This document shows positions 1 through 18,110 of a stretch of 64,000 bases of DNA, in pieces. This stretch comes from Eledone cirrhosa (taxonomy: Eukaryota). How positions within the stretch are numbered: position 1 is the first letter of the stretch; every line of letters starts with the position of its first letter. The notes under the pieces were generated by a model, which saw only the letters and a program-made list of their open reading frames with translations, was not told where the DNA came from and did no database searches. Location of the stretch: positions 31,620,001-31,684,000 of the forward strand of contig OZ024748.1 of NCBI GenBank assembly GCA_964016885.1. The letters run 5' to 3'. The position numbers were made by a program, and so were the translations under genes.

Positions 1-650
<650 letters not shown>

Positions 651-685
<35 letters not shown>

Positions 686-754
686 TATATACATATATAT
701 ATATACATATATATATACATATATATATATACATATATATATATACATATATAT

Positions 755-813
<59 letters not shown>

Positions 814-900
814 CACATATATATATATATACATATATATATATACACATATATATATACATGTATATATACACATATATATATATACATGTATATATAC

Positions 901-972
<72 letters not shown>

Positions 973-975
973 TAT

Positions 976-1044
<69 letters not shown>

Positions 1045-1079
1045 CATATATATATACATATATATTTATATATATATAC

Positions 1080-1150
<71 letters not shown>

Positions 1151-1204
1151 CATATATTATATATATATACATATATATATACATATATATATATACATAT
1201 ATAT

Positions 1205-1255
<51 letters not shown>

Positions 1256-1286
1256 CACATATATATATATATACATATATATATAT

Positions 1287-1327
<41 letters not shown>

Positions 1328-1365
1328 TATATACATATATATATACATATATTATATATATATAC

Positions 1366-1416
<51 letters not shown>
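651..1416. repeat. Degenerate (TA)n/(CA) microsatellite
   Basis: Dinucleotide repeat with internally duplicated variant patterns. Confidence 0.97.
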
Positions 1417-1417
<1 letters not shown>

Positions 1418-2055
1418 CAATATATTTAGAAACACACAGATACATGCGGACACACACATATACATGAATGCATCCGCACCCAACCGTGAGTTAAGGGTGC
1501 CAACTTCATCGATGTTGCTCAATGAATGATTGGGACAGACCAATCCGGTTGAACTAGACTGAACCAGTATCAGAGTTAAAATACATTATGAAGAGAGAAG
1601 AAACATTTAGATATAATTAGTAATAAAATGTATCATACCTAAACTGCTCCTAGATTCCTCGACTACGTAGTTTCGTGGCATAAACAAAAACAATACATCA
1701 TAAAGATATAGAGTCCTTGCGAGGTCTGCCGACTTATCAAGAGGATACCTCATTTTAATAGTCTCAAGAACGCGTCTACACGACGTGAGAAAGAATCCCA
1801 AAAGGCGGAGGGGGAGATAGTCACGCGATATAACGGTCGAGAAACAGAGCTAAGGCTCTTATAACCCCGAAGAAAATACCACGGAGACGGAGGGGGTATT
1901 TATATCGCAGCCGTAGAAGAGGTGGTGAAGGGGGCGAGAAGTATGAGTAATGGAAGCTTTCCAGCAGTCCCCACACTTCAAAGATTGCTCGACCAGAGGG
2001 AGTTATTAACAATATATTTAGAAACACACAGATATGTGTGTTTCTAAATATATTG
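1417..2055 (-). mobile_element. ~590-bp non-coding retrozyme-like element, family B
   Basis: Short terminal direct repeat (1417-1443 / 2008-2034), terminal foldback at 2010-2055, close homolog in tandem at 60432-61798; contains an HHR. Confidence 0.75.
1655..1746 (-). ncRNA. Type I hammerhead ribozyme (family B), U3-A8 core variant
   Basis: Minus strand: UCCUC-UUGAUAA-GUCGGCA..UGCCAC-GAA-ACUACGUAGU-C-GAGGA; GUC site. Confidence 0.82.
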
Positions 2056-5000
2056 TAAAAATATATTCTAAACTATATTCTAAAAAAATCAATCTTTCGA
2101 ATAAAATGATCAATTTGTGAAAAACCTAAAATAATCAATTTTTTTATACTTTTCGAAATATTTACTTCTGATTTCTAAAATTGATTTTTTTAGGTTTTTC
2201 ACAAATTGATCATTTTACACAGTATTTGTAAAAAATGTTTTTTTTCATAAAAATGTGTTTATACATGTTTCGACACGTTGAAAAATTTTTGAAAAATACA
2301 AAATATATATCAATTTTCGAAATCAGAAAGTATATATTTCGAAAGAAAAAAAATCAATCTTTTTTGAAAAAAAATAATTTTTCGAATAAAATGATCAATT
2401 TGTGAAAAACCTAAAAAAATCAATTTTAGAAATCAGAAGTAAATATTTCGAAAAGTATTATTTTAGGTTTTTCACAAATTGATCATTTTACACAGTATTT
2501 CGAAAGATTGTTTTTTTTCAAAAAAATTGATTTTTCTTTCTTTAGAAATATATACTTTCTGATTTCGAAAATTGATATATATTTTGTATTTTTCAAAAAT
2601 TTTTCAACGTGTCGAAACACAATGTATAAACGCATTCTTTTGAAAAAAAACATTTTTTCCAAATACTGTGTAAAATGATCAATTTGTGAAAAACCTAAAA
2701 TGATCAATTTTTTTATACTTTTCGAAATATTTACTTCTAAAATTGATTTTTTTAGGTTTTTCACAAATTGATCATTTTACACAGTAAAAAATGTTTTTTT
2801 TCATAAAAATGCGTTTATACATTGTTTCGACACGTTGAAAAATTTTTGAAAAATACAAAATATATATCAATTTTCGAAATCAGAAAGTATATATTTCTAA
2901 AGAAAAAAAAATCAATTTTTTTGAAAAAAAACAATCTTTCGAAATACTGTGTAAAATGATCAATTTGTGAAAAACCTAAAATGATCAATTTTTTTATACT
3001 TTTCGAAATATTTACTTCTAAAATTGATTTTTTTAGGTTTTTCACAAATTGATCATTTTACACAGTAAAAAAATGTTTTTTTTCATAAAAATGCGTTTAT
3101 ACATTGTTTCGACACGTTGAAAAATTTTTGAAAAATACAAAATATATATCAATTTTCGAAATCAGAAAGTATATATTTCGAAAGAAAAAAAATCAATCTT
3201 TTTTAAAAAAAAACAATTTTTCGAATAAAATGATCAATTTGTGAAAAACCTAAAAAAATCAATTTTCGAAATCAGAAGTAAATATTTCGAAAAGTATAAA
3301 AAAATTGATTATTTTAGGTTTTTCACAAATTGATCATTTTACACAGTATTTCGAAAAATCTTTTTTTATCAAAAAAAGATTGATTTTTTTTCTTTCGAAA
3401 TATATACTTTCTGATTTCGAAAATTGATATATATTTTGTATTTTTAAAAAATTTTTCAACGTGTCGTAACACGATGTATAAACGCATTTTTTTGAAAAAA
3501 TGTTTTTTCTCAAACAATTTTTCGAATAAAATGATCAATTTATATATATTTTGAAAGAAAAAAAATCAATCTTACACAGTATTTTTTTTCAAAAAAATGC
3601 GTTTATACATTGTGTTTCGACACGTTGAAAAATTTTTGAAAAATACAAAATATATATCAATTTTCGAAATCAGAAAGTATATATTTCGAAAGAAAAAAAA
3701 ATCAATCTTTTTTTAAAAAAAACAAATTTTCGAATAAAATGATCAATTTGTGAAAAACCTAAAAAAAAATCAATTTTAGAAATCAGAAGTAAATATTTCG
3801 AAAAGTATAAAAAAATTGATTATTTTAGGTTTTTCACAAATCGATCATTTTACACAGTATTTCGAAAAATTGTTTTTTTTCAAAAAAATAGATTTTTTTT
3901 TCTTTCGAAATATCGAAAATTGATATATATTTTGTATTTTTCAAAAATTTTTCAACGTGTCGAAATACAATGTATAAACGCATTTCTTTGAAAAAAAACA
4001 TTTTTTACAAATACTGTGTAAAATGATCCATTTGTGAAAAACCTAAAAAAATCAATTTTAGAAATCAGAAGTAAATATTTCGAAAAGTATAAACAAATCA
4101 ATTATTTTAGGTTTTAATTTTTCGAAATCAGAAAGTATATATTTCGAAAGAAAAAAAATCAATATTTTTTGAAAAAAAACAATTTTTCGAATAAAATGAT
4201 CAATTTGTGAAAAACCTAAAATAATCAATTTTTTGATACTTTTCGAAATATTTACTTCTGGTTTCTAAAATTGATTTTTTTACGTTTTTCACAAATTGAC
4301 CATTTTACACAGTATTTGTAAAAAATGTTTTTTTTCAAAAAAATGCGTTTATACATTGTTGAAAAATTTTTGAAAAATACAAAATATATATCAATTTTCG
4401 AAATCAGAAAGTATATATTTCGAAAGAAAAAAAATCAATATTATTTGTAAAAAAACAATTTTTCGAATAAAATGATCAATTTGTGAAAAACCTAAAATAA
4501 TCAATTTTTTTATACTTTTCGAAATATTTACTTCTGGTTTCTAAAATTGATTTTTTTAGGTTTTTCACAAATTGACCATTTTACACAGTATTTGTAAAAA
4601 ATGTTTTTTTTCAAAAAAATGCGTTTATACATTGTTGAAAAATTTTTGAAAAATACAAAATATATATCAATTTTCGAAATCAGAAAGTATATATTTCGAA
4701 AGAAAAAAAATCAATATTTTTTGAAAAAAAACAATTTTTCTAATAAAATGATCAATTTGTGAAAAACCTAAAATAATCAATTTTTTTATACTTTTACATA
4801 TAGTATTACGAAAAATTGTTTTTTTTAAAAAAAGATTGATTTTTTTTTCTTTCGAAATATATCCTTTCTGATTTCGAAAATTGATATATATTTTGTATGT
4901 TTCAAAAATTTTTCAACGTGTATAAACGCATTTATTTGGAAAAAATGTTTTTTTTCAAAAAAATGCGTTTATACATTGCGTTTCGACTTTCAAAAAAACA

Positions 5001-5520
5001 AAATATATATCAATTTTCGAAATCAGAAAGTATATATTTCGAAAGAAAAAAAAATCAATCTTTAGAAAAACAATTTTTCGAAATACTGTGTAAAATGATC
5101 AATTTGTGAAAAACCTAAAAAAATCAATTTTAGAAATCAGAAGTAAATATTTCGAAAAGTATAAACAAATCAATTATTTTAGGTTTTCACAAATTGATTA
5201 TTTTATTCGAAAAATTGTTTGAAAAAAAACATTTTTTCAAAAAATGCGTTTATACATTGTTTCGACACGTTGAAAAATTTTTGAAAAATACAAAATATAT
5301 ATCAATTTTCGAAATCAGAAAGTCTATATTTCGAAAGAAAAAAAATAAATCTTTTTTGAAAAAATTTTTTCGAATAAAATGATCAATTCGTGAAAAACCT
5401 AAAATAATCAATTTTTTTATACTTTTCGAAATATTTACTTCTGATTTCTAAAATTGATTTTTTTAGGTTTTTCACAAATTGATCATTTTACACAGTATTT
5501 GGAAAAAATGTTTTTTTTTA
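2056..5520. repeat. AT-rich satellite of modules in mixed orientation (foldback-like patchwork)
   Basis: Modules such as AAAATGATCAATTTGTGAAAAACCTAAAA and TTTTCGAAATCAGAAAGTATATATTTCGAAAG recur many times on both strands in shuffled order. Confidence 0.9.
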
Positions 5521-6131
5521 CTTTGATGTATATAATGTATATAATGTTACGGCGTGAAAACCAGCTGTCATTAGGCAAAAAGTATCGTAGTGTGTATCAA
5601 TTTTAAATTATAAAGATAAGCTAGTTTTTACAGTCTTTCTCTTCATCCTCAACAGTATACATGAGTGGGACCACTGTCAAAGCTCAATAGTTGTAGAGTT
5701 AATACAGAGGTTAACGAATCAATATACGCATATATCTACGCACACACAAACACACATACACATACACACACACATATATATATATATAAATATATATACA
5801 CATATATACACATGCATGTGTACATAGACACATACATACACATCAATATACACTTGTACAAAAATATACATACATGCAAAGAGAAAAGCGTGCTAATTGT
5901 AATTATGGCAAAAAGAAGGTAAAGTAACAATGAGAAAAACTAGGATCTAGGATCAAATGATTGCAGCAGCTGAGAAGGAGTAAGATTATTGGTAGATGAG
6001 GTAATTACAGACAATTGTGTGGTATATACTTGTGAAGGAAATAGTATACTTAATGTATACTATATTTCTGTATACTATATTTCTGTGGGTAGTAGGTATC
6101 CTAATTTAAAGCTATGTTATGTTGGTTCGAT

Positions 6132-8094
6132 TCACGGAGGTTTGAATCTTATGAATTTAGTGGCTATTCTATGTCTGCAGAAGATAGATCTTTTTAACTT
6201 ATTATTAAGTAGCCTTTTAACATTTCTAAGGATATACAATAGCTCAAGATCACACAGCCCGCAATTGGACATCCTTGTACAATAGGTTTTAGCAGCCGAC
6301 AACTTCGACCAGTTGATAGTGTAGTTAGTGTTGCTGTCCTTCAATTCCCATATTTTTCTGGCGAGGGTGGTGGAACCCATAAGTGCACGGTTTTTCATTG
6401 AGTGCCTGTGCACATACCATCTTTTCTTAAAAGAACCCGCGGTGGATCCTATGTAATTCCAGGTGGGGTTACCCGAGATGACAGTGCACATGTACACCAG
6501 GCTCGAATCGAGACGTCTGTTCGCCAACGGGCACCTATCTGGGAGGTGACAGTTGCAGTTTGAGGCGCTATGTTGTGCAGCTTTTACATTCCTATTTAGT
6601 ACCCTGTTATAAGTGGGTTGTGATATATGCCCAATGGGGTTTTGCTGCTGCGCGTTTGTATGCGCTTGTGGTTGTGATGTTGTGATGAGTTTGTGCTTAT
6701 GTATAGGTGCAATTGATTTACTTGAGATATTTCTGTGGTTGATCTTGCGTATATGTGATTCTATGTTAGCTGCTGTTGAGAAAGAGAGTTTTATAGTAGA
6801 TCTATTGAGTATTTTGTGATATCTATGATAGGGAAGTGTTTATCTATTAGTTTAAAGAATGTAGAGGGCAGTCTAGTTTTTATAGAGGAGTTGAATATTG
6901 GGTTGAACCATAGGTATTTTCTTTGTCTGTTTCTTCTATTGTTTCTAGGGTTTACGTTATTAGTGTTTTGGCCGTTTACTCTAGGTGTTACATGTCTAGT
7001 CAAGCTATTCCTATTATTATGTGAGCGGTTGGAGTAGAAATTACTAGGATTTTTTATGTTGTCCTTATTCACTATATACTGTAGTTTATCTTTATGACCG
7101 GCCTTACTTAATGCTGCATTATAATAGTCAGCATGCTCGTTAAAGATTTCTAGGTTTGAGGATAAGCGGGATATTCGGAGCTATGGATTTAATTATGGAT
7201 TTGGGGTGATTCGAGTTGTAACTAATGTAGGCAAGATTTTCATTATTTTTGTGGAAAGGTTCTATTAATCCAGTATTTAGATTTAGAGTTACATCTAGAA
7301 AATTTACTTTCTTATGGTTTAGTTCGTAGGTAATACGTAGGCCTAGTTTTTTGAAGAATATTCTAATATTTTTCTTTAGTCTTTCCATGCTCTGGTTGTT
7401 TAGGTTCCTAGCTATAAGTAACGTGTCGTCCCTATAAATTCCTCCTTGGAGGTTACTGAATTCCTTATGTAGGTTGTGTACTATGAATAGCCCCACGATA
7501 TCTGTAATTTGCGCAGAATCATTTGATCCCATTGTAATATCGAAGCTATTTATTCTATCCTTTCTTACCCAGTAGTTATTTTCAAATTTTACGATAGTCC
7601 TTCTAGCCGCTATTATTATTTCAATTTCATCATGGGTAAGATCAGAGTTATTTTGGGCAAATATAGCTGGGGATATGGATGCATAATAGTCGTCTATATC
7701 AAATTTGTATTTTATTGAACCATTTAATTGCCTCGTTAGTGTTGCCCCATAAAATGATTTCTAGTTTACCCTTTATTTGCGCGATTACCCTATCTAGAAT
7801 GTTTTTGCTAATTTTACCTATGTCTGACTTGGATGGGCATATTAATCTAATGGTGGGATTAGTTTCAAAGTTATTTTTGTGATCTTTCAGGTTAAATGTA
7901 GGGTTGCACGGGGTAAGCGGTTCGGTCCTATCTGAAATTCCGAGTTTATTAACTATCCATGTTTATGCTGGTGAGTGTAGATTCATTTGTTTTTTATATT
8001 TTTTATGTAGTTCACGCTGAATAAAGTTATTGTATGTGTTAATGTCCATAGAGTATACGTTTGATGTTTTGTCTGCTTTTACTATGATACCGTT
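6132..8094 (-). pseudogene. PLE RT + GIY-YIG endonuclease, disrupted
   Basis: MGSNDSAQITDIVG, GGIYRDD, VNFLDVTLNL, SNHP, CNC..CPL, VYMC..YIG..FKKRWYVH, CGLCDLE; several frameshifts. Confidence 0.88.
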
Positions 8095-8355
8095 AGACTG
8101 TAAAAACTAGCTTATCTTTATAATTTAAAATTGATACACACTACGATACTTTTTGCCTTATGACAGCTGGTTTTCACGCCGTAACATTATATACATTATA
8201 TACCCCCCACCTAAGTAATGTCAGGGTCTCCTTAAATAGTTTATTGATAGCATTGTTGTAATTGTTGTTATTGTTCTAATTGAATGCCATAACTACTCCA
8301 TATAGTAGCCGTATTTTCTTTTCTTTTCTTGCCTGTGTATTTTCTTCATTCTCGC

Positions 8356-8466
8356 ATGCTCCGAAGATCTGAGTGGTTATAATTCTGTATTGGCGATCGA
8401 GTAACGCAAAATTAAGCGGATAGCGATCTCTAGACATACCAGTTCAGTGAAACAAATGTAAGCTAT
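8356..8466 (+). ncRNA. Hammerhead-like ribozyme (family C), CCGAAGA core, ~80-nt stem II
   Basis: GCU-CCGAAGA-U CUGA..UCAG U-GAA-ACAAAUGU-A-AGC; the homolog at 63277-63386 has a perfect ACAAUUGU and a GUC site. Confidence 0.65.
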
Positions 8467-8528
8467 GTGATTAAAAATTTTTTTGTATAGCATGTAAACT
8501 TCTTTCCTGATTTATTATTACTCCAAGT

Positions 8529-8606
<78 letters not shown>

Positions 8607-8663
8607 ATATATACATATACATATATATACATATACATATACATATATATATATATACATATA

Positions 8664-8742
<79 letters not shown>

Positions 8743-8768
8743 GTATATATATATATATATATATAATG

Positions 8769-8849
<81 letters not shown>

Positions 8850-8852
8850 GTA

Positions 8853-9047
<195 letters not shown>

Positions 9048-9128
9048 GTATATTTATATATATATGTATATATACATATATGTATATATATATATATGTA
9101 TATATATATATGTATATATATATATATG

Positions 9129-9253
<125 letters not shown>

Positions 9254-9272
9254 GTATATTTATATATATATG

Positions 9273-9357
<85 letters not shown>

Positions 9358-9417
9358 GTATATATGTATATATATGTATATATATATATATGAATATATA
9401 TATATATATATATACAC

Positions 9418-9471
<54 letters not shown>

Positions 9472-9576
9472 GTATACATATACATATATATACATATATA
9501 TATATACATATACATATATATATATATACATATACATATATATACATATACATATACATATATATATATACATATA

Positions 9577-9661
<85 letters not shown>

Positions 9662-9685
9662 GTATATATATATATATATATAATG

Positions 9686-10000
<315 letters not shown>

Positions 10001-10002
10001 TG

Positions 10003-10055
<53 letters not shown>

Positions 10056-10077
10056 TATGTATATTTATATATATATG

Positions 10078-10158
<81 letters not shown>

Positions 10159-10177
10159 GTATATATGTATATATATG

Positions 10178-10257
<80 letters not shown>

Positions 10258-10314
10258 CACATTATATATATATATATATATACATTATATATATATATAT
10301 ATATATATATACAT

Positions 10315-10346
<32 letters not shown>

Positions 10347-10389
10347 TATATGTATATATATATGTATATGTATATATATGTATATGTAT

Positions 10390-10486
<97 letters not shown>

Positions 10487-10500
10487 CGTATATATATATG

Positions 10501-10631
<131 letters not shown>

Positions 10632-10632
10632 C

Positions 10633-10718
<86 letters not shown>

Positions 10719-10762
10719 GATATATATGTATATATATTTATATATATATATGTATATATATG

Positions 10763-10888
<126 letters not shown>

Positions 10889-10889
10889 A

Positions 10890-10920
<31 letters not shown>

Positions 10921-10924
10921 GATG

Positions 10925-10976
<52 letters not shown>

Positions 10977-10990
10977 TATATAGATATATG

Positions 10991-11023
<33 letters not shown>

Positions 11024-11024
11024 G

Positions 11025-11081
<57 letters not shown>

Positions 11082-11098
11082 CATATATATATATATAT

Positions 11099-11508
11099 GG
11101 AAAGTTATATTTAAATTGTTGGGTTACAACTAGTAAATATTTATAACTGATATAAAAGCACTCAACAAGTATTTGGAGTATATTTACGATATTAAATAAA
11201 TGGAAACTATATTTATAAAACCATATTTATTTCATTATATATATTTCAGGGATATCATATTAACAATATGTTATGCCTTCTTCAGACAAAATACAATATA
11301 GACAGTTTTATAGATAAATAGATTTGACATACCGTTCAACATCGACTTTTATTTGAAAAAGTTGATTTGGCAGTGAAAAAATTGTAAACAGAAAGAAAGA
11401 AAGAAGGAAAGAAAGAAAGAAAACGAAGAAAAAGAAGAAAAAAGAAAAAAGAAGAAATGCATGCAACAAAATAGAGAGATGGAAAGATAGATAAAGAGAA
11501 GAACTTCA
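11099..11508 (-). mobile_element. ~410-bp non-coding HHR element, family D copy 1
   Basis: Near-identical copies at 15033-15443 and 18709-19131; diverged copies at 42625-42902 and 62455-62990. Confidence 0.8.
11228..11293 (-). ncRNA. Type I hammerhead ribozyme (family D)
   Basis: UAUUUUGU-CUGAAGA-AGG..CAUAUU/AAUAUG..CCU-GAA-AUAUAUAU-A-AUGAAAUA; AUA site. Confidence 0.82.
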
Positions 11509-11510
11509 TG

Positions 11511-11787
<277 letters not shown>

Positions 11788-11789
11788 TG

Positions 11790-11836
<47 letters not shown>

Positions 11837-11837
11837 G

Positions 11838-11974
<137 letters not shown>

Positions 11975-11993
11975 GTATATTTATATATATATG

Positions 11994-12024
<31 letters not shown>

Positions 12025-12025
12025 G

Positions 12026-12074
<49 letters not shown>

Positions 12075-12134
12075 GTATATATGTATATATATGTATATAT
12101 ATATATATGAATATATATATATATATATATACAC

Positions 12135-12184
<50 letters not shown>

Positions 12185-12438
12185 GTATACATATACATAT
12201 ATATACATATATATATATACATATACATATATATATATACATATACATATGTAGATAAATCTACCAAGAGTTTACGGTAGTGTCCAATCCGTATGAAGAA
12301 CTCAATGTATTCCGGATATCATGGAAAGAAGAGATGTAATGAAAATCCAATTTCGGTGAAAGATAAACGGTATACAGAGTCAAGATAAAATATTAAACAA
12401 ATAATGAACAAACAATTCCTTATATTAAACAAAAAAAG

Positions 12439-12593
12439 TTCACTATTTAACGATCGTTTCTAGGGTATATATGTGTTATAATTGGTATGCATATTTAACA
12501 GATCTATGTACAAATTTATACAAAATTATACAAATTATCAAGATTAAATATACATACCTAACTCATATATACGCCGTCTTCAGAAATAATGAA
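12439..12593 (-). ncRNA. Type I hammerhead ribozyme (family A)
   Basis: Same fold as 206-360, with an A-U to G-C compensatory change in stem II. Confidence 0.82.
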
Positions 12594-12594
12594 T

Positions 12595-12745
12595 TTATTT
12601 CTGAAGACGGCGTATATATGAGTTAGGTATGTATATTTAATCTTGATAATTTGTATAATTTTGTATAATTTTGTACATAGATCTGTTAAATATGCATACC
12701 AATTATAACACATATATACCCTAGAAACGATCGTTAAATAGTGAA
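12595..12745 (+). ncRNA. Type I hammerhead ribozyme (family A, mirror copy)
   Basis: UUAUUU-CUGAAGA-CGGCGUAUAUAUG..CAUAUAUACCCUA-GAA-ACGAUCGU-U-AAAUAG. Confidence 0.82.
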
Positions 12746-12848
12746 CTTTTTTTGTTTAATATAAGGAATTGTTTGTTCATTATTTGTTTAATATTTTACA
12801 TATACATATATATACATATACATATACATATATATATATATACATATA

Positions 12849-12906
<58 letters not shown>

Positions 12907-12962
12907 ATATATATATATATATATATATATAATGTATATATATATATATATATATATATAAT

Positions 12963-13328
<366 letters not shown>

Positions 13329-13382
13329 GTATATTTATATATATATGTATATATATATATATGTTAATCATATATATATATG

Positions 13383-13418
<36 letters not shown>

Positions 13419-13448
13419 TGTATATATATGTATATATGTATATATATG

Positions 13449-13504
<56 letters not shown>

Positions 13505-13505
13505 A

Positions 13506-13543
<38 letters not shown>

Positions 13544-13602
13544 CATTATATATATATATATATATATATACATTATATATATATATATATATATATATAC
13601 AT

Positions 13603-13633
<31 letters not shown>

Positions 13634-13676
13634 TATATGTATATATATATGTATATGTATATATATGTATATGTAT

Positions 13677-13788
<112 letters not shown>

Positions 13789-13819
13789 GTATATATATAT
13801 ATATGTATATATATATATG

Positions 13820-14490
13820 TGTCAGGTCATATTATGTCAGGTCACTAGTTGGTGCTACTGGTAACATGTATCCCAGTACAACCTGTCTCATGGTCGGGTC
13901 GTTGGCGACTAAACTGGCAACCCCACCAAGGTTTCTTGGTGAGGAGGGTGACTTTGGACATCCTGCAGGACTAAAAACAAAACCTGTCAAAGGGCAAAGG
14001 AGCTCTTAAGAGTCAATGGCCATCCACCTGTCAAAGGGCAAAGGAGCTCTTAAGAGTCAATGGCCATCCAAAATCACCGGGAGAGATGACCCCTTAGCCT
14101 TTGTCAAGGCAGAATTCTAGGAGAAGGAAAACTCTGATATAACACCTGCAACTCTGATGGTATCCAATGATGTTGACTTGTTTTTCTTTTTGGTAAATAT
14201 CATCTTGGTTAAGAGAGTGGGACTGGCTTTGTGCAGTGCCTTTGCTCACTATAAAAGCTTCACGGCACAGGCATTGCTTTATATCTGGAGATCTCTCTGC
14301 ACTTGTCGTCACATGGTACCATGGGCCCAGCACTATGTGTCAATAATTGTCACAAGTGTAGTGTTTTGTACCAGAGTTTTCAAGTCGCTGGCTGGACTAA
14401 AAAGTCACACTCGTTCAGCGCATTGGTAGGGGTTCTCCTACATGGATATAAAGTAGTGGCCGTACTCGAAAACGAGTTGGCAGCCACCAT
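13820..14490 (+). mobile_element. Non-autonomous bipartite RTE-like element (5'UTR-like part + C-terminal zinc-finger remnant + AT tail)
   Basis: Second copy at 52566-53150 (-); 3' part encodes [21 protein letters not shown], resembling the C-terminus of RTE-clade ORFs; 44-bp tandem duplication at 13982-14069. Confidence 0.55.
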
Positions 14491-14494
14491 ATAT

Positions 14495-14568
<74 letters not shown>

Positions 14569-14576
14569 TATATATC

Positions 14577-14666
<90 letters not shown>

Positions 14667-14710
14667 GATATATATGTATATATATTTATATATATATATG
14701 TATATATATG

Positions 14711-14834
<124 letters not shown>

Positions 14835-14835
14835 A

Positions 14836-14866
<31 letters not shown>

Positions 14867-14883
14867 GATGTATATATATATAC

Positions 14884-14918
<35 letters not shown>

Positions 14919-14964
14919 TATAGATATATGTATATATATATAAATATATAGTATTATATAGATG

Positions 14965-15016
<52 letters not shown>

Positions 15017-15032
15017 CATATATATATATATA

Positions 15033-15443
15033 TGGAAAGTTATATTTAAATTGTTGGGTTACAACTAGTAAATATTTATAACTGATATAAAAGCACTCAA
15101 CAAGTATTTGGAGTATATTTACGATATTAAATAAATGGAAACTATATTTATAAAACCATATTTATTTCATTATATATATTTCAGGGATATCATATTAACA
15201 ATATGTTATGCCATCTTCAGACAAAATACAATATAGACAGTTTTATAGATAAATAGATTTGACATACCGTTCAACATCGACTTTTATTTGAAAAAGTTGA
15301 TTTGGCAGTGAAAAAATTGTAAACAGAAAGAAAGAAAGAAGGAAAGAAAGAAAGAAAACGAAGAAAAAGAAGAAAAAAGAAAAAAGAAGAAATGCATGCA
15401 ACAAAATAGAGAGATGGAAAGATAGATAAAGAGAAGAACTTCA
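15033..15443 (-). mobile_element. Family D copy 2 (HHR at 15163-15228)
   Basis: Near-identical to 11099-11508; the first stem II base is changed A>U. Confidence 0.8.
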
Positions 15444-15539
15444 TGTATATATACATATATATATATACATATACATATATATATATATACATATACATAT
15501 ATATACATATACATATACATATATATATATATACATATA

Positions 15540-15589
<50 letters not shown>

Positions 15590-15753
15590 TGTATATATAT
15601 ATATATATATATATATAATGTATATATAATATTAATGTATATATATATATATAATGTATATATAATGTATATATATATATATATATATAATGTATATATA
15701 TATAATATATATATATAGTATATATATAATATATATATATATGTACATATATA

Positions 15754-15797
<44 letters not shown>

Positions 15798-15801
15798 TAT
15801 G

Positions 15802-15959
<158 letters not shown>

Positions 15960-16092
15960 GTATATTTAAATATATATGTATATATATAATATATGTATAT
16001 ATATATATGTTATATATATATATATGTATAAATATATATATATATATGTATATATATGTATATATGTATATATATGTATATATATATGAATA

Positions 16093-16159
<67 letters not shown>

Positions 16160-16282
16160 GTATACATATACATATATATACATATATTATATACATATAC
16201 ATATATATATATACATATACATATATATTACATATACATTTACATATATATATATATACATATATATATGTATATATATATA

Positions 16283-16344
<62 letters not shown>

Positions 16345-16373
16345 ATGTATATATATATATATATATATATAAT

Positions 16374-16456
<83 letters not shown>

Positions 16457-16462
16457 GATATG

Positions 16463-16527
<65 letters not shown>

Positions 16528-16548
16528 TATATATATATATGATATATG

Positions 16549-16582
<34 letters not shown>

Positions 16583-16595
16583 TGGTATATATATA

Positions 16596-16626
<31 letters not shown>

Positions 16627-16630
16627 ATAG

Positions 16631-16672
<42 letters not shown>

Positions 16673-16674
16673 TC

Positions 16675-16733
<59 letters not shown>

Positions 16734-16772
16734 ATGTATATATATATATATATGTATATTTATATATATATG

Positions 16773-16872
<100 letters not shown>

Positions 16873-16902
16873 TGTATATATATGTATATATGTATATATA
16901 TG

Positions 16903-17010
<108 letters not shown>

Positions 17011-17053
17011 TATATGTATATATATATGTATATGTATATATATGTATATGTAT

Positions 17054-17131
<78 letters not shown>

Positions 17132-17132
17132 G

Positions 17133-17176
<44 letters not shown>

Positions 17177-17177
17177 G

Positions 17178-17270
<93 letters not shown>

Positions 17271-17286
17271 TATGTATATATATATA

Positions 17287-17386
<100 letters not shown>

Positions 17387-17405
17387 GTATATTTATATAT
17401 ATATG

Positions 17406-17438
<33 letters not shown>

Positions 17439-17452
17439 GTATATATATATTG

Positions 17453-17483
<31 letters not shown>

Positions 17484-17502
17484 GTATATATGTATATATA
17501 TG

Positions 17503-17582
<80 letters not shown>

Positions 17583-17588
17583 TATATA

Positions 17589-17645
<57 letters not shown>

Positions 17646-17688
17646 TATATGTATATATATATGTATATGTATATATATGTATATGTAT

Positions 17689-17741
<53 letters not shown>

Positions 17742-17751
17742 ACTATATATG

Positions 17752-17804
<53 letters not shown>

Positions 17805-17857
17805 GTATATATATTATATGTATATATATATATATATATATACTATGTATACTATAT

Positions 17858-17929
<72 letters not shown>

Positions 17930-17946
17930 GTATATATATATATATC

Positions 17947-17979
<33 letters not shown>

Positions 17980-18110
17980 GTATATGTAGGAGGTGAGTTA
18001 TATGTAGTACAATAAAGCAATGCAGATATCGGATAAGAAGCACTCTACAGTTTGTGGGACTGGAGTATGCATAATATAAGATCAAAAGATGGTTAAAGGA
18101 GTTCAATATA

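Larger units (their letters stand above)
5527..8531 (-). mobile_element. 5'-truncated Penelope-like element (Hydra-clade-like) with inverted 3' segment
   Basis: RT-EN fragments 8094->6132; 3'UTR 6131-5527; 8095-8203 is the reverse complement of 5529-5636 and continues as 3'UTR to 8531 (homolog at 63078-64000). Confidence 0.88.
12251..12798. mobile_element. Family A element with ~200-bp inverted duplication (palindrome centre ~12594)
   Basis: 12387-12589 is the reverse complement of 12595-12797; flanked by TA. Confidence 0.82.

Noticed and set aside
2483-5382. Lys/Phe/Ile-rich ORFs in the AT-rich satellite
   Set aside because: Low-complexity repeat translations with no domain motifs.
2056-5520. 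CRISPR-like appearance of recurring ~29-bp motifs
   Set aside because: The intervening sequences are themselves repeated and inverted, there are no cas genes and the context is eukaryotic.
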